This document shows positions 40,211-52,779 of a stretch of DNA of 64,000 nucleotides, in pieces. The notes under the pieces are model-generated. The model had not been told where the DNA came from and did not search any database. It saw only the letters and a list, made by a program, of their open reading frames with translations. Within the stretch, counting starts at the first letter, position 1, and every line of letters starts with the position of its first letter. The DNA is taken from assembly GCA_030295235.1 (NCBI GenBank), contig AP026169.1:496001-560000 (forward strand), written 5' to 3'. Origin of the DNA: Fistulifera solaris (Eukaryota). Position numbers and translations under genes: made by a program.

Positions 40211-41776
40211 CTACGTCAGTATCCGCTTTTCATTGTTCTCCCCCTTCACACCTTCCCCTGTGTCCTCTGCATGAAAATCCTCAGGCCACTTCTTCGTATT
40301 CTCCAGCGCATCTACGTACTCCTCGGCCGTAGAATGTTTATGAAATCGTAATGTACGGAACCCAGGTGACACCGTTTCTGACGCAAATTGAAAAGCGTTG
40401 GCATTCCACTGCTTATCAGTGCCCTGCCGCAGGCTTATGCAGTGTCCTACATGACAAAATCCTTGACTCCCCCGTTGACCTTGGTTTTCCATCCGTATTA
40501 CTTGAAAATTAGGTTGCGAGTGCACCGCCATTCGAAAGTCCTGCAAACCGATACGAGGCGCGCCTGTCAAGTACGCGCTAACGCGCTGGCTCATTCGTGT
40601 GTGCGAATACAAATACGATACGAGGAGAGCAAGCCCGGCGCCTGTTCCATGACCCGCAAACACAAAGTCGGAGAAAGGACTCTCCTCAGAGAGTTCATCC
40701 AATCGACGGAACAGTTTTGATGTAAGTGGTTGTGCTAATTCAAAATACGCCTTGGCAATGGTCACTTTGTGATGGTCGGCGAGTGCAAGGGTTGCTTTTT
40801 TAATCGAGTCGTCGGTTCGATACGATAAAAAGCTACCAAGAATTGATTCTTCTGGCGTTCAATGATCAGAACTTCACCGCCTTCCAATCCAAAATATCCT
40901 TTCACCTCAAGGAGATCCGGACAAGCGTCGAGCAGCATTTCTACAACTGCTCTATGACAGTTGAGCAAAGACTTGCAACTTTCACGATCTCCCGTAGCAA
41001 ATGACTGCAGTTCCCTTTTCGAATAGCCTTGCAAGGTCGAAAGATCCATGGCAAGCTCGTAGGACCGATATGTTGATAAAAAAGAAACGGTACGTGCTGC
41101 AGCAAGGACGTCTTCTTGAGGCGGCAAAGTGAGTTGGAAAGAAGACGGATCAACCTCGCCAGTCCGAACGTCGTCGTCCTCTGTTTTCAGCAATGAAGTA
41201 GGACGTGGTTTTGTCAAGCTTGGAAGAAATAATGTATTGATGCTGTCAACCTTTTTGAATCCTTCTCTAAAAATGAACACTGCTTACTAGGTTCATCGTT
41301 GATTCCAGAATTCGTGATTATTGAAACATCAACAGGGATCGCTTCTTTAACTTCTTTCCAGAGACGTTTGTTTTCGATCAGTGAGCGAGTCTTCCTGTGC
41401 TGAAAAAACTTGACAATGTCCATTGAGCCCCTTCCGTCTACCGATATGGGGAAGCATTATCGACCACACGATGCTCCGTGTCCCTTGTCTTCTTCCACGA
41501 AGCCAGATTGGGCAATGTTTGTTTCACTTCATTGTTGCTACCTGAAAATGAAAAAAGAGGATAGCGATCGAAATCTTTTCCTGACGGGGAATCCGCGACA
41601 CGCTCATGTGTTGCGTCCGTGCGATCATCGTTCGGCATGTTCGGAACACCGTGATGATTCGTTAAACGAGGGGTGGGACTGGGCTTCGAATCCGGCAATG
41701 TGGGAGAAAAAGGATCAAAATTTATCAGCGAGTGGTTCCTATTGTGCTGAGTGGACCCTGACTTTGATTTGACCAT
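40211..41776 (-). CDS. Lipase class 3-like alpha/beta hydrolase, apparently lacking the catalytic Ser
   Basis: 'FVFAGHGTGAGLALL', 'YLTGAPRIG..DF', 'FCHVGHCI', 'H..EEYVDAL'. Four collinear ORFs; the N-terminal join is uncertain. Confidence 0.65.
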
Positions 41777-42103
41777 TCTGGTTGAAAAAATTGATTACGG
41801 AAGCTTGTGTTTAGAAAGTGATGATTGATTCAAAATTATTTAAGAAATGAAAAAGGATGCGAAATAAAAGGAATGGAAACGTGCACATCTCAAACATTCA
41901 AACCCGTCTTCAATCGTACACATGGCTTGTTCTTTCCCGGTTATTGTCACACTTTACTATGAGCTAAGTAGCTTCACACATTATTCAGGTTAGTCCCTCG
42001 TGTCCGGTATCAGTGGTATCTGGTAGAATGTAGGCGCCGCCTTTTGACAATATCGTACCGGGTTTCACAATGCCGTGACCGTTGCAAAGAAGGTGGAGCG
42101 GCC

Positions 42104-42184
42104 GGGAACGGCGTTAAAATTCTGCCTCCTCGTACAAGCTACGTAGAATATTGTACTGGGAGGCAGAATTTTAACGTCCTTCCC
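42104..42184 (+). mobile_element. 81-bp hairpin / MITE-like element
   Basis: Near-complete fold-back; differs from 31824-31904 only at 2 internal positions. Confidence 0.8.
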
Positions 42185-42308
42185 CGAGGCGACACAAAAA
42201 TGCTCGTAAGGTCACGTGCGTGCATCCGCTTGGTCAACAACAGATTGATACTTCAAAAGCCAATAAGGCTTCGTTTGTTTTTAACTTATAAAAAGTAATA
42301 AAGCAACA

Positions 42309-42877
42309 ATGGATTCACCAAGTTGGCTAGCCGAAGATACACAGGCCCCCGCGGCATCCACGACAGCAGCACCGGCACCTGCTCTCGCCGCCAGCGCCAC
42401 GGCAACGACACTCGCAGCCAGTGCAACAGATGCATCTTCCACCGAAGACAAGAACGCAGCACTTCGTGCGAAAGTGATGAAGCGATTTGTAAACATGCTC
42501 GTTTCTTCCGTATGCGCTGCTCGAGCGATTCTTCTGATCCTCACCATTCCGGACGGAATTTCCGAGTTTGTCATTGCCGTATATTCGGCCGTCCTTTGCG
42601 CATTCGTCTTCTTGTCGGAAATGACAGAGCTAGCCTTTATGAAATGGATTTTGATGAATCATGGTTACCTGTACAGTCCCACTTGGCGCTTCATGTTCTA
42701 CCTCTTACTTGCATCGATGCAATGGTCGTTGGGTGGAATCTGGAGTTACGCGAACGGGGAGCTCTCGTGTTTGTCGCATTCTGCAACGCTTACTGGCTGC
42801 TAAAATATCCCAGTCTTCGATCGAACAAAAGTTCTGCACGTCCTAAGCCGGCTGCCGCTGCCGATCCGGCTCTATAA
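42309..42877 (+). CDS. COPI-associated / Tvp15-like small membrane protein
   Basis: Several TM segments and 'HGYLYSPTWRFMFYLLLASM'. Frameshift near 42760. Confidence 0.65.
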
Positions 42878-43293
42878 CCTCTCGTTTTGCTTTATACCTA
42901 GTCCAATAAAATTTCAAATTAGGAATCGAATTACAAAAGTTGTTTGAGTTAAGTCACCTTACTTTACAAGGCATGCTTTATAGAATAATTTAATCAATTA
43001 CTGGGGGAGACAATGATTACCGGAAATAATCATGGTCGTACAGTATTCGCAAAATTTATTCATGCATGCCGGGACTGAAATTTGGTTAAGTCACTGAAAT
43101 GGAGTTCATGATGATGATCATTCATGATGATGATGAATAATGACCTGACCGTGGTCTGTCATCCAACGGACGAGCGTCACTGGGCGAAAAAGTCGCGCGT
43201 GGTAAAAAAGGAGGGTGCTTCGGTTTTATCATCGACGATCCATACAAAAGCGATTTTTTTACTTCAGTAGTAGCCTTCCATTATCGTCCTATT

Positions 43294-46200
43294 ATGCAAG
43301 GTGATCGATACCCTGCAACACCCATGGCTTTGAAGCCACCGCACTCTCCCGTGAGCGTCGACTCGAGAGCTTCGGGGCCCACCGCTGGCTTTCATACGGC
43401 AAAACCTCGCTCGGCAAACCGTTTCAAGCTACCACCGGGGCGAGGTGTGCCCACTACGATAACGAGTCGAAATACACCCTCTCCGTTGCCGGTTTTGCAC
43501 GCTCCCAGTTCAATGAAACCACGATTTGCGACCCCTCAAACCTCGCACGTGATTTCGCGCAGCAGGAGCAATTCCGTTACCAGCACTTCTTCTTCGATAG
43601 GTGGGGGCTGGTCGAAGCAAATTGATTCAGCTTCCGGCAAAGTCTATTATTTTCATGCCGAAAAAGGCATTACTCAATGGGACGCACCGGCCGAAGTTTC
43701 TGAGCCGTTGCCAGCTGTCGTTGCCGTCGAGGCGTATTCTCTACGGGAATCACACGGAACGCTCGTAGTAGGACGAAAGGAACCCGAAACGAGTTCGAAC
43801 ACTGTAGATGAGATGCAAGGATGGCAACAGCTCACGGATCTAGCTTCCGGAAAGCCTTACTATTACAATGCCGCAACAGGCGAATCGAGATGGGAGAGGC
43901 CTGAACAACTCAACACCTTTGAGAGTGACAGGCAACAAGTGGGTGAGCAAACATGTGTTACCATCGATCAGCCTACCACTGCTGTAGAAGTTAGTGGACG
44001 ACGCGACATTGCTGAGTATCAAGATGATTTTGGAGTTCCTTCAGGAGAGATGCTGCCAACTGCCACGGAAGCAGAAAGCTCGCCGCAAATCGCCGTTTCT
44101 AAAGCGTCACATGGAATAGTCGTAGAGCAAAGTGAATTTTTGTTACAACCTACTTCGGGTAGCGTTGATGAGATGCAAGGGTGGCAAGAGCGCACGGATG
44201 AAGCTTCTGGGATGCCTTACTATTACAATGCCGCGACAGGCGAATCGCAATGGGAGAAGCCTTTGCAACTTGACACACCCGACAACGATATACTATACAC
44301 CAATGAGCCCATTTCTAATATTTTGGATCAGCATGCAAATGCTGTAGAAGTCATTGAGCGAAGCGACGCTGCTGAGCTTTTGTCAACTGTCATGGAAGTA
44401 GAAAGCTCGCCGCAAATGATTGGTTTCGAGGAGTCACAGGTAACGAGTGTCGAAAAAAATGATTTTTTGCCACAAAAAAAAGTTGGACAGTGTCGATGAG
44501 ATACAAGGATGGCAACAGCTTATGGATGAAGCCTCTGGTAAGCTCTATTATTACAATGCCGCGACAGGCGAGTCGCAATGGGAGAAGCCTTTGCAACTAG
44601 ATAATCCGGAGAGTGAACAGCAACACGCCAATGAACCAACTTCTGATGTCTTGGACCAGCCTCAAACTGCTGTAGAATTTAATGAACGAAGCCAAACCCC
44701 CGAGAATCAATATGACGTTTCGAAGGATCTGAATAATAGTCCAGAGGACGCGCATCCAAAGGCAATGCCCTTGACTATGACTCTGGATAATGAAGAATTG
44801 ATCGCTAGTGACACAAACGAGTGTACCGATGATCTTCCCAAAGGATGGCGCACTGTCACAGATCCTTCCGCGGGGACTTATTTTCTCAATGAAATGACTG
44901 GAGAGACCAGCTGGGAATTTCCAAGCGCCATGGAAAGTTCACGAACCGAAAAAGTTACCGACGCACCGACGGATCTGATTCTACCTGAGAGTTGGACACA
45001 AATTGTGGATCCTGTTTCCGGTAGTTGCTATTTTTACAACGAAGAGACGGGTGAAACTTCATGGGATTTTCCAGTGCCAGGGATCAGTACTTTATCAGAG
45101 AAAGAGTCATTACATGTAGAAAACGATGCTGTGGATTCTGTGCTTCCTCGCAGTCAAAAGCCCCATACGCAAGACGACGCTGGATTAGTTAAAGAACAGA
45201 AAGATGAGACAGACGGAGTTTTTCCCGCTGGTTGGGGTAAGGTAGAGGACGAGGCGACTTTGGAAACCTATTTTTACAACGAAATAACCGGCGAGACCGC
45301 GTGGACGCTACCTTCTGAGATAGTGCCTGTCGACGACGAACTTCAGGCTGCTGTAGAAACGAATACAAACGAGACTTTAGATGGAGCTAGCGAACCGTTA
45401 CCTGATGGTTGGAGTAGAAAGATTGACCAATCGTCTGGCCAGGTCTACTTTTTCAATGAAGGTGCTTGCGAAAGTTCTTGGAATATGCCTACTGTAGCTG
45501 CGATGACGCTGGAAGGCGAAACCTGCGCCATTTATAATGACGAAGCCGGGCCTTCTACAGACGGCCTAATGGACACTATTCCACAAGACGTCAACACTTC
45601 CTCTGAGCATCAGAATATACAGGAAACCTCGGATACTAAAAATAACCAGTCTTTTTCCACAAAAAGGAGGTATCGGTTAACGCTAGTTCCTTCATTGAAG
45701 ATCACGCAGCCGTCAATGCGGTTCTGGCGACCGACCGCGAAACCCAAGATTCTCATGATCCATCATCTGATATTGATTGCTGGGAAAAGTTAAGGGATGA
45801 GTCGACAGGTACCTTTTATTATTTAAACACAAGTACAGGGGAAGCAACTTGGGTTTCTCCTGAGAAGATGAGCAAGATCATGAGCGAAAGTGAAAGCGGT
45901 GGTGACTCTGAAAAAGTCGAAAATGAACCGTCCACACGAAACCCAGGAATAGACAATAACCCCTCTCCATTTGAAGCACCCCTCACACTTCCATCTTCCG
46001 AAGTAACGACAGGCGCTCATCCTCTACCAGCTGGCTGGGAGATGTTGATTGATCCGGGGTCTGGAGACGCCTATTACTATAATGAGGAACGAGGAGAAAC
46101 ATCATGGGAACTACCAACGGCTACGCGGGAAGAAGTTGATCTTCCTACACAAGAGCCTACGTTGGTTTCGGGTGACTCTATCGAACCAGATTCAACCGAG

Positions 46201-49200
46201 CCTGAAAAAAGCACGTTGCTTGCTGCAGGCTACTGGGTATCAGTAGAGGATCCTTCATCGGGTGAAGTTTACTTCTACAACAAGCAAACTGGAGAGACCT
46301 CTTGGGAACTACCAAGCGGCCCAGTTTTTGATTCGGCTGGAGAGTTGTCCGTAACTACAGCGACCGGCGATGAAACTTTTCAAACCTCGCATGATATAAA
46401 GGAGACATCTCATTTTCATGTTTCATCCAGAAAGTTGTGTTTTAATCATGAAACGGAAGAGATCTTAGACAGTCGTCTCGTCTCTCAACAGAGTGATGAC
46501 AAAAAGCCCAACGAGCCTGAAATCGGTAATGACATTCATGATGATGATGATGGTGCTGCAGGTTATTCCAAATTTTCGGCCTCGTTGACGAAGAAGAAAG
46601 AAAACGTCTACATCGCACTACAAAGATTTAAGACAAAAAAGCTCGATCTCAAGTGACGAGCAGAAAGATAAAGGTATAAGCAACGTGAAAAAAGGATTAT
46701 ATGAGGAAGGACCCACGAAGAACGAGAATGGCGAAGTGCTTTTAACCCGGAACGCAACTAATGAGGAAAGCGTTGTGAACAAGAGGAATCTAGCTTTCGT
46801 TTCTGAGACGGTCACTTCCTCTGAGTTAGAGGAATCGAACGAAATCAGCCAGTCACAAGTCATTTCGCGTTCATTACATAGTTGGGAACAAGTTGTAGAT
46901 GAGTCTTCTGGTGATGTTTATTATTTAAACAAACTTACGGGCGAAACGTCGTGGGATCCTCCTGTTTTAGTGACTTCAACAAACGGTTCTGTACATCAGA
47001 ACGTTGATCCTCGAAATGTATCTATGAGTGGCGATATTCTACCTCCAGGATGGGAGAAGCTTTTCGATACGACGTCGGGAAAATTTTATTACTTCAATAG
47101 CGTGCAGAATACAACGTCCTGGGATCCTCCTTCCGACCCAAATGATGATTGGATAGAGGTTGCTCACCCTGCACTGTCCGAACCATCAGCTGGATTGTTG
47201 AAAACACCCAAAGAGAGTCATTCAGTGGGAAGATGCGGACCATTCGCTAGCTTTGGATTTGGTGGTCGTGTGTGCGTCTCGAATGGTCCACCAGGCACGA
47301 TTGCGGTTCATCGCGTGTCCTCGTTAAATGCATCGGACGTTGTTGTTGTGACTGAACGTACTAAACGAGGATTTGGCTTCTCCGGTCCCTTGATTTCGGC
47401 AGAGAATCAAAGCGTTCTGGCTTACCTCGAAAGAAAAGCCCAAAAACAGTCTGACTTGATATGGAACCTTTGTCTAATTGCCTCGCATTCTAGGGGTTGC
47501 CTCCGTAGCGACGACAGAGTAAATGAATTGAACCGACCGGAGCCTTCCATAATCGATCTTCTTCTGACTAATACGAACGAGAACGAAACTTCGGAAGCTG
47601 AAATACTTGAGGAAAAACAAATGTCCGCAAATCATAGTGGTTTGAGTGAAATTCAATTTCTTCTTTTGCAAGGGAAAAGAGAGGAAGCAGTTGAATGCGC
47701 TTTGTTGAAGGGACAATTTGCGCTTGCTTTTCTCGTTGCCAGCATGTGCAGTAGAGAGACATATTTTAAGGCTGCTAAAAGTTATACAGAGAGTGTTTTT
47801 TGCAAAGGCTCCCCCTTACATACTGCAGCTGAGCTATTCTGTTCAGAGCTCCAGACCCCCGAAATGAGGATCGGAGTAAATCCGACGATATGGAGTGATA
47901 ACAATATCGACTTGAAACATACATGGAAGAAACATCTCGCAGCAATCATCAGCAATCGAACTGCTGGTTGGGATGATTTAGCAATTGCTCTCGGTGACCG
48001 TCTCAAAGAACTCGGTGAAGTCGTACCTGCCCATGTCTGTTACATGGTGTGTGGCTGTTCTCTTTCATCCCCTGTCCGCAAGAATGCAAAACTAAGTCTA
48101 TTGGGGTGCGAAGTCGGTTTCGCTGAGTTGCTTCTCCTGACGAATGACTCTGTGGAGTCATTTTGCCGAGCCGAAGCCTACGAGTGGGCGAAAAGACGTG
48201 GGAATAAAGATGCAGCTATTCAATGCATTCAAGGGTTCAAACTTCAATACGCACTCCTTTTAGGTGACTTAGGACTTGTGGAAGAAGCCAAGATGTACAT
48301 CGCGAGCATCAAGGAATGTCTTGATTTCAACGAAAATATGGACTTGGCACAAGAATGTTTGCACCCATTAGTAGTTTCGATTCTAACAGCCGACCGCCCG
48401 GGAATTTTGCATCAAGTTCTTGAACTTGAATCTCGATATGCTGGAACATCTGTGCGCAATCTGAAAATCAGAGAGGGTCCTTGCGGAGACAGCTTACCCG
48501 TCACGCACGACGGAATCTCCGAATCGGCAACTAGAGATCTAATAGTTCATACAAGTGACAAAGATTTACATGGTGAAACGAAAAAGCGTTTGTCGTCGTC
48601 GGCTATCCTTCGGAACAATCTACACGAGGAAGAGACTGATGGAAGTCCCGATAAGATGTCAATAAGGAAGGAAACTTTATCCAAGGTGCAACCTCCTTTA
48701 GCATCTATCAGCAGCACTACAACAAAGAAGGCGACAGACAAGTCGGCTACTGTCACCAGGAACGAAAAGCGTATTCATGGTATACCTGCTACGCTCGCTA
48801 CCCCTGAACGAACAACTAGTGATGATAAGCCACATCCGTCAGATCACGCGGAGACGAACAAACGAAAGAATTTTAAGCCAGAACAGGCACCTCGATCAGC
48901 GCCACCCAACTTGCAGTCACCTAGTTTTGGTAAGCAGCTGGCCGTTTTATTATTCGCCCAACACTGGGTTTGAAGAGATCGCGACTAACTATTCGTTCTC
49001 ACTAAGGTTTTATGAACAAATTAAAGGATCGCATTATAAAGTGGCAAAATCCCGACGCGCATATTGCTAATCCAGGAGAAGAAATGCAAGCTTATTATGA
49101 CAAAGAAAGAAAAGTGTGGGTCTTCCCGGGCGAAGACCCTGACGAAGTGGCGAAGCCTTTGGGCCCACCACCTTCAATGTCCACGCCGTCAGCAACTCAA

Positions 49201-49428
49201 GCTCCTCCGCCACCAAGTAATGATCCACTTGCGGCGATGATGGCCCCACCTCAGCGTGCTCCGTCTGCATTACGTGGAAGACCTCCTTTAACGCCGTCCC
49301 CTGCATCTCTACCACCATACACACCACTCGCGGCTAGTTCCACATCGAATCAATCACCGCCGCAATTCATGGTTTTTAAACCCGTTACGAAACCTGTCAT
49401 CGAAAACCAGGAAGATAAAATTACGTAA
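43294..49428 (+). CDS. SEC16: Sec16-like COPII scaffold with 13 N-terminal WW domains
   Basis: WW repeats W..D..SG..YY.N..TGE..W..P; Sec16 core 'FASFGFGGR', 'LLQGKREEAV', 'WKKHLAAIISNRT', 'LGDRL..AHVCY'; C-terminal 'ANPGEEMQAYYDKERKVWVFPG'. Intron about 48930-49005; frameshifts near 44478, 45665 and 46640. Confidence 0.8.
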
Positions 49429-50519
49429 CCGACCCATACTTAATGCAAGACACACGCATCGATAGAGTAGTTTTTGCGTTGTTGTTGTATTTCTTGCCTA
49501 AAATGAAATAGGCTAAATGAGGCGACACTCGACAATGAACGAGTATCCTTTCAAAAAGAAGAGGCAGAGGAAGACTCTTTGGAATGGATCTTTACTGCTT
49601 TGTCATGAGTATTTCTTGTCATCCTTCATCCTTCACGACGTAAATCAACGTGAATGACTCGTTCCTGCTTCTATCATCTACAAATCAAAACCTGATTTGG
49701 TACCGGTACCTGGTATCGGCGTACGTCGAAAGTGAAGGGAACACGGAACAACAATAATGTCCGAGGGTTGCGCCGTATAACGATAAGAATCATTATTTGC
49801 TAATTGCAGGCAACGAGCGACCGCTGGTTCTTACTAACATCAACTCTTTTCCATGAGCCATTTGCATTTTGCATTTGCATTTGCCAGGTTTTCGGAGAAT
49901 TTATTATTTGTTAAGAAGTAGGGGAAACAAACAATATAACAATATACTTTGTTCTTTGTTCCTCATCAGTATTGTGTATTGTCAAGCAATAATAGTCAGT
50001 TATGACTCAATAAAGTTTTAGTGACTGGAGATCGGTCCACAATGTTTCACGTACAAATTATACATAGTCCGCTTTTTCGTCGCTTGTGTCGCGTGTGATT
50101 TTTCAAGTGGCTACATAACTAGTAAATATAGTATTATAGAGTGACTAATCAAAAAGTACAATAATACTTAAAGTAGAATTTTGAAAGTTGCCCATTTGGC
50201 TTCGGTCAATGGCGTTTTTTCTTGCCTTCATGGGCTTCCAACGTCTTTGAAAGGGTAAGAGAGTAGCAGATTGTACATTGTGCTCGGAAAATTCTTAAAG
50301 TTCCTCCGGCGGTCACTCTCTCGCCTTTCCCTGCTTCCGCTTCCCCAAAGAAGTATGGCTTCCCTCTTCCCTCCCATTCAAAAAAAAGTCCGTCGATAAA
50401 GTCAAATTGTTGTTACTCCGTAATTGCAACAGCTCGAAATTCTTACTTTATACAACTTTACCTCTTTGCATAACTTCCACGCTGTTTGTTCACATCTTTA
50501 GCCAAAGCTATAAGGATTG

Positions 50520-51567
50520 ATGCGATTGAATATGGACAACAATTACACTTCTCTGTTTCCCGATGGTAACGCGGATCATGATGAAACCTACTTTAAAATG
50601 CGACAGCAGCTTTCAGGGCTCCAGAATATTGGGGGCATGGATTTCCCTTTGGTCAATTTCAGCAGCAACAGACCAATAACACATTTGTCGGCCCTAATAT
50701 GCTATCTTCGAATCACTTTGAACTTTCCCAGCTTCCTGTATTCTCGGGCACCAATGGACAAGCTATGCAGAATATGCAATCCCAGCTTGGCCATCGACAA
50801 ATGAGCAACCCAAACTTTGCCGGCATAAATCAAAATTTGTCGTCGGTTCTTCCGCAAGGACACAACTTCCTTGATTCGGGTGTCAACGTAGGAAATTACT
50901 CGTCAAACATGATGCTTCAACAGCTATTGCTACAGCAAGCCCAACAAGACAACTCCTTGTTTCCAGTCCTCCTGCGGGGGTAGCGGATTCGGTGGCGATG
51001 CCTTTAATGCATCGTCATTTCCACAGACCCAAGTCAGTGGCGACCAAATAGGTTTTCAACCTCAATCTATCGAACGTCAACTGGACATGCCTGCTTTTGA
51101 CCAGCAACAATGTCAGCCTGTACTAGGCCTGATGACACTTCAATCGCTAGATGCCTCGGATTTCCCAGTGGAGAAGCGCCGTAAAACGACCAAAAACAAA
51201 CGTGACAAGAACCGTCCCAAGCAGCCATTATCCGCATACAACATCTTTTTTTAAAGACCAGCGCGCCAAAATGCTCTTGGAAATTAAGGGCAGTGAAGCT
51301 GAAAAGCAAGAAGGAAACCCCGCGGGCGATGAACTGAAATCTGGACGGAAACGCCTTCGCGAGTCTTCGACGGGAAAAATCGGTTTTGAAAAGATGGCGA
51401 AGACTATCGCGCGAAGGTGGAAGGAAATCGGGAGGGAAGAGTTGAAAACGTATGAATCTAGGGCCGCCGACGACCAGAAACGATACAAGGCTGAATTGGC
51501 TGCGTACTTAGAAAAGAAACGTGAAGAGGCTGTAACCGACAGCGCCTCAAAAGTGAAGAAAGAATGA
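50520..51567 (+). CDS. HMG-box transcription factor
   Basis: 'PKQPLSAYNIFFKDQRAK..KIGFEKMAKTIARRWKEI..LKTYESRAADDQKRYKAEL'. Gln/Asn-rich N-terminus. Frameshifts and a probable intron make the 5' structure uncertain. Confidence 0.85.
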
Positions 51568-52779
51568 GGCCTGGTCAGTCCTCGTTGGTGTTGTTAGATT
51601 GTTGTGACTTCGTGGACATCAAGTGTAATTGCTATCGCATACCTGCTTAACTTTTTTATAGAAAAGAATATAACTTTATCTGTTCTAAAAACAAAGATGC
51701 AGGCGGTTATTTTTGGGTTTCGTATTGGTCCAAGTCCCATCGCTTCATTCATTTGTCATTAGCGTTAAGGTATATGTATTGTAATTACTACGAGTATTTC
51801 ATTCGAAACCCGAAATAATATGAAACCCGAATGCATAGAAACACTTGAAGGCAGGTCTAATCCGGCATTTTGCAACAAAACGAGAGGAGTGCAATTACAT
51901 CCAAAAGCCGATATTGGTCTAGAGTCTAAACTGGTTGACCAAGTATAATCAAACCTTCACAACTTTATTGGTATAGCAGTATGGCAGTAAGGTCAGCTCA
52001 CTTTCCAGCACAACCTTGATTAGGAGCGCAAAGCATGCCTTTTGTCGTAGTGCTTCATAGTATGGCAACATTTTAATCTTCGTTTCGTGAGAACAGTCTT
52101 CCTTTCTTCTCTCTTTCTGACATCTAAGACGACAGAGGGAAGAATAGTTCTTTATAACAGGCAACAGCTCCTTGTTTGGTTTTAAACTTCTTACTAGAAG
52201 GCCTAATGCTTGCCTCTTAGTAAACGCTCACTCGCGACGACTCGCGACTCGCGATTGATGTTTGTGTGGAAGGAAAATTAAATTGTACGGAGTACTAACT
52301 TTTCGGCGACTACACTACAAGATTTGAAAGGGGCGATCTGCGTTCAAAACCGTATCTTGTATATCATGTTTGACTAGTATCCTACTAGTTAATTTTAGTC
52401 CTTGATTTCTTCCAGCACACTCTAGTTTTGATTCTATTAGAAGGATCCAATCCCATGCTGAAGTTTGTCGAGTATCTCTAAGATTGTACGTTTCTGAGTT
52501 TGTATTTTCATTTAAGTGAAAGTAGTGATACTTAGGCTATGAAATTGCTCTTACGAGTAATTTACCGTTAAGAGAACCGTTCGCTCAGACAGTTTATTCT
52601 CTAAAAATCTGAGCTCAAACTTTTAGCGGTTTTTCATCGGTTCGAGATAACCGTCACAATTTCTCTTGAACATGAAAAAAGGTTAAAAGCCGTTTCGCTA
52701 AAAAAGAACAGGAAGTTAACAACCGTTGCGTTCGAATTGAAAGTGGCATTCCACCTTACCGCCGAACCTACCTGCTATC

